From Squalus acanthias (taxonomy: Eukaryota): a stretch of DNA of 64,000 bases. The stretch is from positions 94,490,001-94,554,000 of the forward strand of contig CM059432.1 of the NCBI GenBank assembly GCA_030390025.1, given 5' to 3'. Of the stretch, positions 1-14,028 are shown one piece after another. The translations under genes were made by a program, and so were the position numbers. The notes under the pieces are model-generated. The model had not been told where the DNA came from and did not search any database. It saw nothing but the letters and a program-made list of their open reading frames with translations. How positions within the stretch are numbered: the stretch's first letter is position 1; the number at the start of each line of letters is the position of its first letter.

Positions 1-85
1 CTCATTGCTACAAACTCAACTCGGCCAATCTCCTGAGCAGCAATGTCTTCTCTTGGAAACTTCGCACTTTTGGTTATGGTATTAT

Positions 86-725
86 AACAACAACTTACAT
101 TTATACAGTGCCCTTAACTTAGAAGGAAAAGTACCAAGTGCTTCACAGAAGCACAAGGAAAAAAGTGACACCGAGCCAAAGGAGGAATATTAGGAGGGGA
201 AAGCAAAAGCTTGGTTTTAAGGAGGATCTTGAAGGAGAGGGGAGTGTAGGGATGGAAGGGCTTATGGAGGGAATTCTGGAGCATGGGGCCATGGCAGCTG
301 AAGGCACAGGTTGTGGGGTTGGTGCAGAATACACAGAGTGGAAGAGGCAAGGCCACAAAGGGAATTAAACATGAGGATGAAAGTTTTAAATTTGAGGCAT
401 TGGGGGACCAGCAGCCAATGTCGATCAGCAGGGACAGGGGTGATGAGTGAGCAGGAGTTGGTGCGAGACAGGATACCGGCAGCAGAGTTTAGGTTGAGCT
501 GATGTTTAAGGAAGGTGGTAGATGGGAGGCCAGCCAGGACAGCATTAGAATAGGCAGGTCTGGAAGTGACAAAGACATGGATGAGGGTTTCAACAGCTGA
601 TGGTACAAGGCCAGGAGTGGAAGCGGGCGATGTTTTATAGGTGGATGTAGGCAATCTGTGATGGAGAGAATTTGACTTTGGAAGCTCAGTTCAGGGTTAA
701 ATAGGATGCCAAGGCTGTGAACTCC
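86..725 (-). mobile_element. L2-clade LINE 3' fragment
   Basis: Reverse L2-type tail (AACAACTTACATTTATACAGTGCC) and degenerate L2 ORF2 C-terminal peptides (AVLAGLP, SAAGILSRT, HWL) on the minus strand. Confidence 0.65.
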
Positions 726-726
726 A

Positions 727-3046
727 TGGGCTAACTGTAGAAGTTAAGGATAATATTAGATTAAAAGAAGAGGCTTCTAATGTTGCAAAGAATAGTAGTA
801 AGCCTGAGGATTGGGAGAGCTTTAGAGCTTTAGAAACCAGCAAAGGATGACCAAAAAATTGATAAAAAGGGAGAAAATAGAATGAGAGTAAACTAGCAAC
901 ATATAAAAACAGATTGTAAGAGCTTCTACAAGTATGTAAAAAGGAAGAAAGTAGCAAAAGTTGGTCCATTAGGGCTGAGACCGGTGAAATTATAATGGGG
1001 AATAAGGAAATGGCAGAGACTTTAAACAAATATTTTGTATCTGTCTTCACAGTAGAAGACACAAGAAGCATACCAAAAATAGTGGGGAACCAAGGGGCTA
1101 ATGAGACTGAGGAACTTAAAGTAATTAAGATCAGTAGAGAAAAAGTACTTGAGAAACTAATGGGACGAAAAGCCGACAAATCCCCTGGACCTGAGGCCTA
1201 CATCCTCGGGTTCTGAAAGAGATGGCTGCAGAGATAGTGGATGCATTGGTTGTGATCTTCCAAAATTCTCTACATTCTAGAACAGTCCCAGCAGGTTGGA
1301 AGGTAGCAAATGTAACCCCACTATTCAAGAAAGGAGGGAGAGAGAAAACAGGGAACTACAGGCCAGTTAGCCTCACATTTGTTGTCGGGAGAATGCTGGA
1401 ATCCATTATTAAGGAAGTGGTAACAGGGCATTTAGAAAATCTTCATATGATTAGGCAGAGTCAACATGGTTATAAGAAAGGGAAATCGTGTTTAACAAAT
1501 TTATTAGAGTTTTTTGAGGATGTAACTAGCAGGGTAGATAAAGGGGAACCAGTGGATGTAGTATATTTGGATTTCCAAAAGGCATTTGATAAGGTGCCAC
1601 ATAAAAGGTTGTTACGCAAGATAAGGGGTCATGGGGTTGGGGGTAATATATTAGCATGGATATGGGATTGGTTAATGGACAGAAAACCAAGAGTAGGGAT
1701 AAACGGGTCATTTTTAGGTTGGCAGGCTGTAACTAGTGGGGAGCCACAAGGATCAGTGCTTGGGCCTCAGCTATTTACAATTCATATTATTGACTTAGAT
1801 GAAGGGACTGAGTGTAATGATTCCAAGTTTGCTGATGATACAAAGCTAGATGGGAAAGTAAGCTGTGAGAAGGACACAAAGGGCAGGATTTTGAATGACC
1901 CGTGGAGTCGGGTTTGGAGGCGTGTGGGGGGTTAAAGTTGCAGATTCGGGGGTCCCGACCCCATCCCGCCTCCACGCAATTTTGATAAAATCGTGTGCGG
2001 TATTCCTGACTCCGTCCCGCCTCCAAGAGGCGGGAGAGGCCATTAAAGCCCTAAATTGGCTCTGAAATGCCATTTTGAAACGTTTTAGCTAGTTTAACCC
2101 TTTTCTGATGTGAAGCACACCTGATGTGAAACATGGCAGTGAAACCTGGCGGGAGCACTACTATCAGCTGCAGGTCCACTATTACAACGGAGATGTGATG
2201 AAGGTAGTAGTAGTATTAGGTCTGAAAGTCGCCTCTGATGCTGCTGCATTGAATGTCTTCAGAGACTGCCAGGGCCTTTGGAGGACCTGGATGGAAAACA
2301 AAATTCTCTCTCTCTCTCTCTCTCTGCTGAGATGCTGCTCTTGCATCCAGGTCCTCTCACAGCAAAGGACCAGACCAGGCAGTCTCTGACCTACAATGAT
2401 GACATCATCAGAGGCGACTTTCAGACTGAAAGCTCTAATTGGTTCATGGGTTCCCACATGCTGGAACTCAATTGCCCAATTAAGTGAAAATTGCGTCAAT
2501 CTCCCACATCCAATTTCAGGCGGGTGGATAACACGAAATGCGGATGACACGACCCCCAAGACAAAATCCAGCCCAAAGAGACTGCAAAGGGATATAGACA
2601 GGTTAAGTGACTGGCAATAAGGTGGCAGATGGAATATAATGTGGGGAACTATACAGGGCTTTGGTGAGACCACACTTGGAGTACTGTGCACAGTTTTGGT
2701 CTCCTTATTTAAGGAAGAATATACTTGCCTTAGAGGTGGTGCAACGAAGGTTTACTAGATTGATTCCTGGGATGAGAGGGTTGTCCTATGAGGAGAGTTT
2801 GAGTAGATTGGGCCTATACTCTCTGGAGTTTAGAAGAATGAGAGGTGATCTTATTGAAACATGTAAGATTCTGAGGGGGATTGACAGGGCAGATGCTGAG
2901 AGGTTGTTTCCCATGGCTGGAGAGTCCAGAACTACGGGGCATAGTCTCAGGATAAGGGGTTGGCCATTTAAGACTGTGATGAGGAGGAATTTCTTCACTC
3001 AGAGGGTTGTGAATCTTTGAAATTCTCTACCTCAAAAGGCTGTGGA
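727..3046 (+). mobile_element. CR1 LINE ORF2 fragment, interrupted by MITE 1881-2574
   Basis: RT motifs [28 protein letters not shown] and FADDTKL; C-terminal RPHLEYC and RRNFFTQRVVNL. Confidence 0.95.
1881..2574. mobile_element. PIF/Harbinger-type MITE, family A
   Basis: TIRs GGGCAGGATTTT...AAAATCCAGCCC and TSD AAA. The CR1 reads through after removal. A related copy lies inverted at 19957-20625. Confidence 0.9.
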
Positions 3047-3551
3047 TCAGTTGGTAGCACTCTCGCCTTCTGAGTTAGAAGATTGTGGGTTCATAGTCCC
3101 ACTCCAGAGACTTGAGTGCAAAAATCTAGGCTGACACTGCAGTGCAGTGCTGAGGGAGTGCTGCACTGTCAGGGGTGCTGTCCTTCAGATGAGACGTTAA
3201 ACCGAGGCCCTGAGGTCAGGTGGACGTAAATGATCCCATGACACTATTTTGAAGAAGAGCAGTGGAGTTATCCCCGGTGTCCTGGTCAATATTTATCCCT
3301 CAATCAACATAACAAAAAAAACAGATAACAACAAAAATGCTGGAATCACTCAACAGGCCAGGCAGCATCCGTGGAGGCACTCAGCAGGCCATTATCACAT
3401 TGCTGTTCGTGAGAACTTGCTGTGTGCAAACTGATCGCTGCGTTTCCTACATTACAACAGTTACTACATTTCAAAAGCATTCATTGTAAAGCGCTTTGGG
3501 ACGTCCTTAGGTCGTGAAAGGTGCTATATAAATGCAAGTCTTTCTTTTTTT
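3047..3551 (+). mobile_element. tRNA-derived Deu-domain SINE (SacSINE1/AmnSINE1-like)
   Basis: tRNA-like head, Deu-type core (CATTATCACATTGCTG...TTTCCTACATTACAACAG) and L2-like tail GCTATATAAATGCAAGTCTTTC. Confidence 0.85.
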
Positions 3552-4509
3552 TACCAGGGTTACACAACATTTCCAGACGACATCACATGAGTAAGCCATT
3601 TTCTTTTCCTTTTGGACACCTTACAATTTTCTTCAAAATAAAAAAAATGACAAAGATACAGTGAAATGAATGAACTTTATTAATTTGCATTGTGGTATAT
3701 GTGTTTAATATGTCTCTGGCTGTTCTTAGCTCTTCTATGTCATTAAATTTTCTGTTCTAGTAAACAAGATTTTCATCTCTCTTCCAGAGAAATAACGCTG
3801 GCAAAGCGAGAACAGCACCGAGGCATTTCCCAGTCATAGTTTTCCTTTCAGCAAAAGTTACTTCAAATTTACAACTGCAGATTTAAGGAGCTTTGCATAT
3901 AACATCATAAAACTCAAGACATTGTAGCTAGAAGCTTCACTTCAGTGTCTATCTGCTGTTACTATAAAGCAGCTCTGACCGTCTGTCCAATAAGAAATCA
4001 GCTTGCAGTGGCCACATAAACAGACTAATAGATGATCTGTCCTTTTGAGCTCCAACAACAAGTCAATTTAATTTCAAACAGCACTTCAGACAACACTTCA
4101 ATAATATGACTTTATATTAATAGTTGGCCTATTTAAGTGTAATCAAATTCTGCCATTAAACTGTGACATAAATAAATAAGAAATAAATGTGATCGATGTC
4201 CTTTCAGCTACTTGTGCCTAAGAATTGAATTGCATGGAGAAAAGCTGCCATGGTTTACTCCAATGATTATCAACAAGATGAAAATTTGACCTGCCCTTCA
4301 TAGCGTAAAGTGACAATGGTGTAGCTCAGAGAAGGAGATGACCACCATCTAGGATGCAAAAGCTCATTGAAGCCTGAAAGATGAAACTGCATCATGAAAT
4401 CCATTTTATATTGGGCTGAAAGCATAGTAATGGTTGCAGTGGACTTGAAGTCATTTCTTTCAGGGAAAAAACAGCATTCAATCCACAGTTCCATGGGTGA
4501 GCATTTCAG

Positions 4510-5250
4510 CTGTGTCAGCCGTGGCTCAGTTGGTAGCACTCTCGCCTCCAAGTCATTAAGGTTGTTGAACACAAAAATCTAGGCTGACACTCCACTGCAG
4601 TGCTAAGGGAGTGCTGCACTGTCAGAGGTGCCGTCTTTCGGATGAGACGTTAAACCGAGGCCCTGTCTGCTCTCTCAGGTGGATGTAAAAGATCCTATGG
4701 GACTATTTTGAAGAAGAGCAGGAGTTATCTCTGGTTTCCTGGCAAATATTTATCCCTCAATCAACATCACAAAAACAGATTATTTTGTCATTATCACATT
4801 GCTGTTTGTGGGAGCTTGCTGAGCGCAAATTGGCTGCAACGTTTCCTACATTACAAGATAAGGGGTCGGCCATTTAAGACCGAGATGAGGAGGAATTTCT
4901 TCACTCAGAAGGTTGTGAATCTTTGGAATTCTCTTCCCCAGAGGGCTGTGAATGCTGAGTCTTTGAGTATATTCAAGGCTGAGCTAGATAGATTTTTTGA
5001 CTCTAGGGGAATCAAGGGACATGGAGATCGGGCAGGAAAGTGGAGTTCAGGTCGCTGATCAGCCATGATCTTATTGAATGGCGGAGCAGGCTCGAGAGGC
5101 CGTATGGCCTACTCCTGCTCTTACTTCTTATGTTCTTCTTATGTTCTTATTACAACAGTGACTGCACTTCAAAAGTACTTAATTGGATGTAAAGCACTTT
5201 GGGACATCCTGTGGTCGTGAAAGGTGCTATATAAATGCAAGTCTTTCTTT
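4510..5250 (+). mobile_element. Deu-domain SINE with nested CR1 tail
   Basis: Same SINE family as 3047-3551, split by a CR1 3' end. Confidence 0.85.
4857..5148 (+). mobile_element. 5'-truncated CR1 3' end
   Basis: RRNFFTQKVVNLWNSLP, CR1 3'UTR with TTCTTATG repeats, and 7-bp TSD ATTACAA (4850-4856 / 5149-5155). Confidence 0.9.
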
Positions 5251-5318
5251 ACTACAGCCTGAGACAGCAGCCAGCAGATGGCTTGGGACGGACTTTTGTG
5301 ATGTGGGCCGAAGACAAT

Positions 5319-5925
5319 GGCCTTGATATTAACCACCCCCCACAACGGGCGGGAAAAGGCGAGGGGGTTAAAGAGTTAAATACGAGGATACAACCCCAAC
5401 GAGTCACACATACGTCTGCCTCCTTTTTTACAGCGGTGGATATTGGAGCATCCGGGTGTCCCGCCGTGGAGAAGTGGGACACTTCATTAACATATTTAAA
5501 TTAGGCTCCCACAGTGCAATTGCGAGCCTGATTTAAAATTTACTGCTGCTGCACAGGTTTCCCAGCGGTCGGGAAACCCAGCAGTGAAAAGGAGGCGGGA
5601 GCTGCCGGTTCTACAAGGTATGTGCCTCTTTCAGCACACCTTTTGGGCCAGGAGGAGCAGGAGTTCTCCCCTCATTCCCTCAAGTAAGTCTTCGGCCTCC
5701 CCCCTCCGATTGCTGGGTACCGTTCCCACGGGTCCCCACCTGCGGCCTCCTGCTGCTGGTGTTCCCTCCCACCCACTGGCCAGGCTGTCCACGTGGCCGG
5801 TTGCTGGGTGAGAAGCAGCTAAAAAGTGCTAATGAGGTCCTGCCGTTAAGTTCAGCAGGACTTCCGCATCCCCAGCCTTGCCGAGTTCGTCGGCTGTTTT
5901 CAGCCTCCCCGTAAACATCGGGGCC
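5319..5925. mobile_element. Harbinger-type MITE, family D, inserted in an L2 fragment
   Basis: TIRs GGCCTTGATATT...AACATCGGGGCC and TSD AAT. The flanks join into a minus-strand L2-like RT fragment (~5255-6000). Confidence 0.8.
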
Positions 5926-7569
5926 AATGGCTTTGGTCTTCCCAATGTTTAGTTGGAGAAAATTTCTGCTCAGCCAGTGGAAATTAGTTTCTAAATCCAA
6001 GGATAAGATTTTTCACAAGTTCTGATTTCTAGGTTACGTCTCTCACAGCTCATGATGTGATTTGATCTTACACAGCATATATTTGCTGTTGAGATATGAC
6101 AAACTTGTAAAATTCAGAACAATGCTTGAAAATTGAGACAACTAATCAATGATTCCAAACTGACACTTCCAAAATGAGTTACAATAGATTTCCCTGTAAT
6201 TCAGGTGAGAACATGTTACATAATACAGGAGATAAGACGTGTTCTGAATTTCAGAGGAATAGCTGTCAATGTATACAGGACAATAAACAGAACCACTGAG
6301 TAATTAGAGATGTAATAATACAACTACTGAAAACTGATAATTAGTGTCATAAAAAGATGCTCTAGTAAGCATCATTCAGCAGTATGATGATTACTTTATT
6401 CTTATACAAGTGTCATATCCCCGAAATAACTTTTCTGTGACAGTCAGATGAGTTACACGCCATTCTACAGACTCCATATAATTTACAATATTCAATTATG
6501 CTACTTATTGAGCAATAAAATCATTAACAGGGATATAAATTATAACACTAGACACTTGCTCTCATTCTACCATCATTTATCAACAGATACAAGCCCTAGA
6601 ATCAGCACAAAAATAGTGAGGCTTTCTCAATAAGACAAGAAGAGTATAAATTATAAGTATGTGAATTTTACCACATTTTATCATTGGGGGATGCTGCTTA
6701 CCACAGATGGGGGACAATAATGTCATGGAATAAGAAAAAAAATTGAAGTTCCATTCTTTGCTACATTTGCAACTAGTTTAGGACACTACAAACTGAACCT
6801 CTTTATCCTATCTGAATTTGGGGAAAAGTGTGTTGAAAATTGCATATACCGGAGCTATGCCAAGGTAGAAATTGGTTATTTCCTATTTAGGCAGTAGCAC
6901 GCTGACAGCATGTGCCCCAACCGGGAGGCTCAAGGCCTGCCTGAAATTGGTCCCTGGGGCCTCAATAACTGACACCGACATTTACAAAATGAATAAAATG
7001 GGTTACATAAGACATAAGCCTAAAAATGACCGTTTGTGATATTAGTAGACTAACACTTAGCACATATGGATGAGATTTTTCTGTCCTCTATTTTAGCAGA
7101 GGCATTGTCCCATTTAAAATAAATGGGTTAATACCTGTGTTTAAATAGCAGCAAAAGGAATGTCACATGAATGCTTTATGTGTTCGCTAGTAATATCACC
7201 AATAGTAACTTCTAGGTTACAAGCTCATGACAACAGTGCTTCATTTTTTTTAAATTACATTGTAGTCAAAAACTGCAGCATAGTAAAAAATTAACCACAA
7301 GGAGCTGACATGACAAATCTGTTGAAATTGGCTGCAAAGTTTCCACTGTAAATATTATTAGAGGAACACAGTGCACTTGTTTATGTCATAATGAGCATTA
7401 AACAGTGTGAGGGGAACATACTTCAAGTGATTACTTTCATAAAATGTCTTTTCCTGTGTACATGATACAAAATATCAATGAACAATTTCACGGCAGGTAA
7501 CCACATCGCAAACCTAGTATCAGCCTGTGATAAGATGGTGGCTCCGTGTCTTTATCAATGATCAATCAC

Positions 7570-8054
7570 TGTGCTCGCACCAAGTCCCATTCACCCATCT
7601 CCCCTGTGCTCGCTGACCTACATTGGCTCCTGGTTAAGCAACGCCTCGATTTTAAAATTCTCATCCTTGTTTTCAAATCCCTCCATGGCCTCGCCCCTTC
7701 CTATCTCTGTAATCTCATCCAACACAACCCCCGAGATATCTGCGCTCCTCTAATTCTGGCCTCTTAAGGATCCCTGATTTTAATCGCTCAACCATTGGTG
7801 GCCGTGCCTTCAGCTGCTTAGGCCCGAAGCTCTAGAATTCCCTCCTGAAACCTCTCCGCCCCTCTCTCTCTCTTTCTTCCTTTAAGACGCTCCTTAAAAC
7901 CTACCTCTTTGACCAAACTTTTGGTCATCTGTCCTAATTTCTACTTATGTGGCTCGATGTCAAATTTTGTTTTATAACACTCCTGTGAAGCGCCTTGGGA
8001 CGTTTTACTACGTTAAAGGGGCTATATAAATACAAGTTGTTATTGTTGTTGTTG
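7570..8054 (+). mobile_element. L2 LINE 3' end
   Basis: PVLADLHWL..QRLDFKILILVFKSLHGLAPSYL peptide, followed by tail GCTATATAAATACAAG(TTG)n. Confidence 0.9.
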
Positions 8055-9308
8055 TGGCAAGTGTCCGCCCCACAGCCTTATTACAAATTTCTACTATCTA
8101 GTAGACATAGGAATTCCTGCAGCACATTCTCATAACAGTGGAGACAGATATACTTATATATTCATAGATGTTGATGAACTGGTTGTTTGAACAGAAGACT
8201 GGAGTTATGAAATAATATTTTTCATTTCATTATCACTTGATCATCAATACAGGCTAAGTGTTACATATAAAAATGAATAGTTTGATGAGTGCACGAGGAG
8301 GTGACGGCTATTAGAAGTGTGCAGACTAATTGAGAAAATGTACTGGAATTGGAATGCTACGTAAAGCTTATTCCTGTAAAGAAAAATGAGCAAACAGTTT
8401 AATGGAAACACAATGTCAGTACAGGAGAATGGAGTATTTCCCAGCTTCTCTTCTTAGTAACACTCCCAGGTTAGTCAGAAGGAAGAACTCCCTTTACAGT
8501 CACTCAACAATATGCCTCAACTCCAACCTCCAAAGAACACCCTTCACCCCACAGTGTGATATTTCTGTTCTGTTTCCCTCAGCTGACATGATTGTCAGCT
8601 CTCTGAATACGACTGGCAATTAAGTACCTGTCACTGACAGTTTATGGGCTGCATCTTCTAGGACTGTGTTGAGACTTCCCAAACTAATTTTACTGCCTGC
8701 TGGCAGATGCTTTCATCTGATCAGCCTGGGTTATATTCAAGCACATGTCCTTGCAGTAAAACAACAGCATTTGTTTTTCTTGCCAATTTTCTCCCCCACA
8801 CCCAAAGCCATTAACTCCTTGCTGGGATATAATAGACTTTATAAAGGTCAATTTCTGTGCAAGCCCAACCAAATGCTGCACCAGGAGAATGTAGATTCTG
8901 CAGCTGTTGTCAGGAATGCAGAGCCCAGTGCCCCAATAAGTAGCAAAAATAAATTATGACAATGTTACTGTATATTCCGAGCTTTTAAATGTATCACAGT
9001 CACTTACATCAAGGACAAATTATTGCTTCTATTGTTTTTCAATAGTGTTGAAAATAACTTCTGTATCTTTGTAATTGATCAAGTGGGACCCTAGACAAAA
9101 TACAAAATTTCCATCCTTCGTTAAGTAAAATGTTTTGTTTCAATTGGCCAAGTTAATTTTAAGATTAGAATAAACTGTCCAGTCTCACAATCTCAGAATC
9201 TGCTAAGATCAGCCCACTTTTGTCGATGAGAAGGAAAAATAGATCTTAGTGTTTAGCTCTCATTTAGTGCGCTCGCCAACTGTACCTGAGATTGGCAGCT
9301 GTAATGGT

Positions 9309-10117
9309 CACAAGGTTATCCACTTTGGCAGCAAAAACAGGAAGACAGATTATTATCTGAACGGCAATAGATTGGGAAAAGGGGAAGTGCAACGAGACCT
9401 GGGTGTCCTTGTGCACCAGTCGCTGAAGGTAAGTATGCAGGTGCAGCAGGCGGTTAAGAAGGCAAATGGTATGTTGGCCTTCATAGCGAGAGGATTCGAG
9501 TACAGGAGCAAGGATGTCTTGCTGCAGTTGTACAGGGCCTTGGTGAGACCACACCTTGAGTATTGTGTGCAGTTTTGGTTGCCTTATCTGAGAAAGGATG
9601 TTCTTGCCATGGAGGGAGTGCAGCGAAGATTCACCAGACTGATACCTGGGATGGCAGGAATGACGTATGAAGAGAGATTGGGTCGATTAGGCTTATATTC
9701 GCTAGAGTTTAGAAGAATGAGAGGGGATCTCATTGAAACTTATAAAATTCTAACAGGACTAGACAGACTAGATGCAGGAAGGATGTTCCCGATGGCAGGG
9801 GGAGTCCAGAACCAGAGGTCACAGTCTAAGGATAAGGGGTAAGCCATTTAGGACTGAGATGAGGAGGAATTTCTTCACCCAGAGAGTGGTGAACCTGTGG
9901 AATTCTCTACCACAGAAGGCAGTTGAGGCCAATTCATTAAATATATTCAAGAAGGAGTTAGATATATTTCTTAAGGCTAAAGGGACCAAACGATATGGGG
10001 AGAAAGCAGGGACAGGGTACAGAATTTGGATGATCAGCCATGATCGCATTGAATGGCGGAGCAGGCTCGAGGGGCCGAATGGCCTGCTCCTGCTCCTATC
10101 TTCTATGTTTCTATGTT
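9309..10117 (+). mobile_element. CR1 3' fragment (same young subfamily as 31090, 46094 and 60552)
   Basis: ORF2 C-terminus near-identical to 50640-51440, with TTCTATGT tail repeats. Confidence 0.95.
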
Positions 10118-10399
10118 AAGTATAGTCGGCAAGCGCAGGCACAGTAAGCATCACAGCTACAGCAAGCACATTAAGCATGACCCAAAAACAGATCAAGTCC
10201 CAGCCATAGCACCTGCAGCACAATAAGGAGTAAACTAACAGGAGAGAACAGCAGTGGAGAAATTCTGCAACAGTTTCTATGGACAGAGAATTGGGTAATA
10301 CTAGGGGTCTCTGGTATAGTTCCACAGGCATCCTCTGGTATCTCTCCCAAATGACGATTTTAATCATGCATCAGCCTAGACAGTGAACATCAGCGGGTT

Positions 10400-10660
10400 T
10401 TTCAACCTCAGGAGCTAAGCCCAGTTCTGTCCTCAACTGAAGAACAAACACAGTATTTCAGCCGGGACGCTGGTTAGTAAATAGGAGTGAGTACCTTGGT
10501 TGATTTTTCCCTCTGTAACCCAGGGATGTTGAGGTCAATTGCAGTAATCCCACCTGACTTGGCTGAGATCAAGTAACTCATGACTGAGGATCAAGCCCAA
10601 CTTCTTGCTGGTTTGTATAGATCAGTTACTTGGATAAATTCACTGAGCTATCGGGGAGCC
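10400..10660 (-). mobile_element. Old degenerate tRNA-derived SINE (possible)
   Basis: Minus strand begins with A-box-like GATAGCTCAGTG and has a weak B-box-like segment. Heavily decayed. Confidence 0.35.
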
Positions 10661-11459
10661 CAAGGAAAATGTCCTAATCCATTCTACAACTCAGATCCAC
10701 CAAATGTTCATCAGTACTTTCACAGACTAAATAATCGTAGAGGCAAATGTCATCAGGTCTGAGGAAAACCACTTACTTTAACTAACTATAACAAGCTTTG
10801 ATATGATGTACAAGACAGCACATTTTTCTAATTGTGTGATGATACAGCAGAGCTGCAGCAATTCTAATTAATTAGCTCTACTATTAACACACTTGAAAAT
10901 GATGAATGCCTTTTACAGGCCATCTGTTCTGCTTGCTAAATTTGCACATTCCCTGAAGACATCACTAATGTCTTCCTGTGCCTCAATCACAAAAAAAATC
11001 TGTTCTGTTTGAATATTATTAAGCTCTCCTGATTTTACAACTTCTTTTTTTCAGCTGGCCACTAAGAATTGACCATGGTTCTCACTATTAGTATTCATAA
11101 GCTCACAGTGAAGTGCAGTGATTCACTTTTGCTCTTATTCTAAGATTCACAAAGATAATCATGGATGCAGGAAGCCATTCAACTGATCGAGCTCATCTTC
11201 CCACAGAAACCCACAGTTCCAACACACCATCTAACTGCCTCTTTAACAATTCCACAGTTTTGTTACTGCCACCATCCTACACAGAAGACCATTCCAGGTA
11301 TTAACCACTCTCTGCATGGAGAATTACTTCCTGACATGAGTTCTCAACTTGCCTTTTAGCAATTTGTATCTATATCGCCTTGTCCTGCAGTTGTGATTCA
11401 ACTTGAAGTAGGACTATGGATTCACCTTATCTATCCCACTTAGTACCATAAACTTTTAT

Positions 11460-11657
11460 AAAGCCCCCTCTCATTTAGCTCCTTTCAAGGTTGAGGAGCT
11501 TTTCTTCGTAACTCAGTCCCCTGACACTGGGGATCAACCATGTGGCTTTTCTCTGCACCCCTTCCAGGGCTTGGATGTTTCTATTGTCCCTTGATGATGA
11601 AAACTGAATACAGTATTCAAGGTGCAGCCTGACCAGAGCACTATACAGCTTCAGCAG
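11460..11657 (-). mobile_element. Old CR1 fragment
   Basis: Peptide LLKLYSALVRLHLEYCIQF...LEGVQRKATWLIP..RGLSYEE. Confidence 0.8.
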
Positions 11658-12629
11658 CATTGAAGCCAATGGAAAAGAAAATCGAGCGGGGTGTAAAACA
11701 GGCTGCCAAGTCGCTATCACCTGCTTTGTATTACCGTCCAAGACCAATTTTACCCCTGTGTCCATACAGAGAGGAAGCTCTGCAGCTAACAGGCAGGCAG
11801 ACAGACAGGGGAAGCTGCGAGAGATGGCGAGGCTGGAGGCAAGAGAAGGCTGTTAAAGGTTCGTGATTGGATTACTAACCTCCACAATAAAATGAAACAC
11901 TTGTCACCCAAGGGGAGCCTCTGCATGTGCAAAACGGTTTCAAATGTAATATGTTTTGTTGAAGGTTCTTACTTCCACTTTCATAGTTTTTATCTCGGCT
12001 TTTTCAACTAACTTCAGAGCACCAGTCAAGCTATTTATTACAACTTGGCAGCAAACTGGGGAAAAAATCTGAATGTCCAAAGAAACATAAAAATCAAGAG
12101 AATGAAAATAGGGTGGGTTCTATAAGGAGCGGTCAATCCACTCCGCCAGATTACCACAAATGGGATCTGAATCACCAGCTGCTGCTTAATAAAATATAAC
12201 AATTATGCACAATGATATTTTACATGTCAAATTGATATTGAAATGGAAGGTGATTCTTTTTGGGATTTGTGTTTAATTTACTTTTTGTTACAGTACACTA
12301 TTAATACCTACATTAAAAATATCTTGTGATTAGTAGACCTGTGGTTCTAGTGGTGCAGCATTAGACCCTCAATCATAGGGTTGGGTTTGAATCCCATTGT
12401 AAACTGAAATTCCAGCTTGACAGACCTCACTGAGCTTAATGCTCGGTAACTAGTGGGAATTTTATCAGTTTTGCACTGAGCCACTAGATGAAAGGTTCCA
12501 AAGTGGGGAAGTGCTCCTTTGTGAAGAAAGGAGGAGGAGATTTCCACAAGTCTCCGTGAGTGACGATGTTTGGGGTAGAAGACTGATTACAGACTGCCCT
12601 GAAGAAAATTGTTGTGGTGAAAAGCATTA

Positions 12630-13020
12630 TAATACACTAGATGATTTGGATAATTGCTCCTGGAGGAAAAAGTAATACAACTGGAGTGGGTAATGGGGAA
12701 GAATCCAAAGCCTATCTTCATGATATTCTACTTGGGATTACCAGAATCTCCAAAGCTGAAAGTTGAGCAGGTACATAGTTCACTGGAATTGTGGCCAAAC
12801 CCATAAGAGATCAAATGCGATCATCTTTAAAATGCTCAGGTTCCAAGATAAACTGAAGATCCTTGGGGACGTGAAGAACAACAGTGATCTAAGGATGGAA
12901 AGCGATCATTTAAAGATCTTTCGGAGCAACCTACAGCTGCAAAACCACTGGGTTCTTTAACAGAATCAAGAGAATTCTTTGTGCCGATGGCATTCAATAT
13001 GACCCCCTCTGTCCTGCCCT
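12630..13020 (+). mobile_element. Decayed L1/Tx1-type ORF1 remnant
   Basis: KVEQVHSSL and AIIFKMLRFQDKLKIL resemble the IERAHR and II.R.L.FQDKE.IL motifs of L1-clade ORF1p. Confidence 0.45.
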
Positions 13021-13861
13021 TTGGACGGTTGCCTGAGCCTTACTGTGTCATGTGCATGCACAATATGAGAAGGTTTTCTCTAAATGCCGGATGGAAAAAT
13101 CAACCCACATTAGTTGGGTGATTTCATTGTCCAGCAGGAATTCAGATGTTGAATTCCTAAATCAATTCCTCTATTTGTGCCCATACTAATGAGATATTAA
13201 ACTAGCAATGTAACTACAAATTAGCTGTGTAAATTTACAACAAATACAAATTAACAGCTACAGTGTAAATGGAAAATGATACTCCTGTGGAGCTTCAGTA
13301 TCTCTCTTTGCGAGATCGCATCAAGAAATTAAACTACTCCATAAAACATATCCACATTGGCACAAATATGAGACCGAATTTCTGTCGTTCTCCCAGTAGC
13401 TTATCTCACCAAAGATTAAACACAACTAAGGTAATAGCAGCAAATTGTATAAGTACGGATAGAAAATCAATATTCTATGAGGCATAATTTGTCTCACCAG
13501 TGCAGCATGTCAAAATAAATTGCATAGAATTATGTAGACTCTTCATCAGACAGAAATCATCATGAATATTTAAAATGCATGTTAATGAATGACCCAAAGC
13601 TGTTGTTTTTAATTTGTTGACTTGTTGACATCTGGATTCAATAACAGAACCAAGAGAAGCCTCCACTAAAAACTCATAAAAATTCAAATCTATGCACAAT
13701 GAAACACAATTAAATGATTAATAAGCTGCAGGTAAGAAATTAATGCATGCTTCAAGGCCCTGATACTAACTCGGAGACGTGTTGGGAGCGGGGGTGGGGG
13801 GTCCAATATCGCGTGGGAAACCGGGAAATAAGTTCTGAAAGACTGTGGCTTTTTTAATACA

Positions 13862-14028
13862 TGATGCAGAGATGCCGGTGTTGGACTGGGGTGGACAAAA
13901 TTGAGAGGTCGCACAACACCAGGTTATAGTCCAACTTCACCTGAGGAAGGGGCAATCGATAGCTCCGAAAGCTTGTGATTTCAAATAAAACTGTTGGACT
14001 ATAACCTGGTGTTGTGCGACCTCTCAAT
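13862..14028. mobile_element. Penelope-like element terminal-repeat fragment in inverted arrangement
   Basis: Perfect 39-bp inverted repeat (13897-13935 / 13993-14031), AATAAA at 13984, and flanking direct repeat TTTTTTAATACA. Confidence 0.75.
13938..13977 (+). ncRNA. Minimal type I hammerhead ribozyme motif (Penelope-type)
   Basis: CAC-CTGAGGA-A-GGGGC-loop-GCTCC-GAAA-GCTT-GTG. This gives the CUGANGA and GAAA core, helix II GGGGC/GCTCC, helix I CAC/GTG, and palindromic AAGCTT in place of helix III. Confidence 0.7.
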
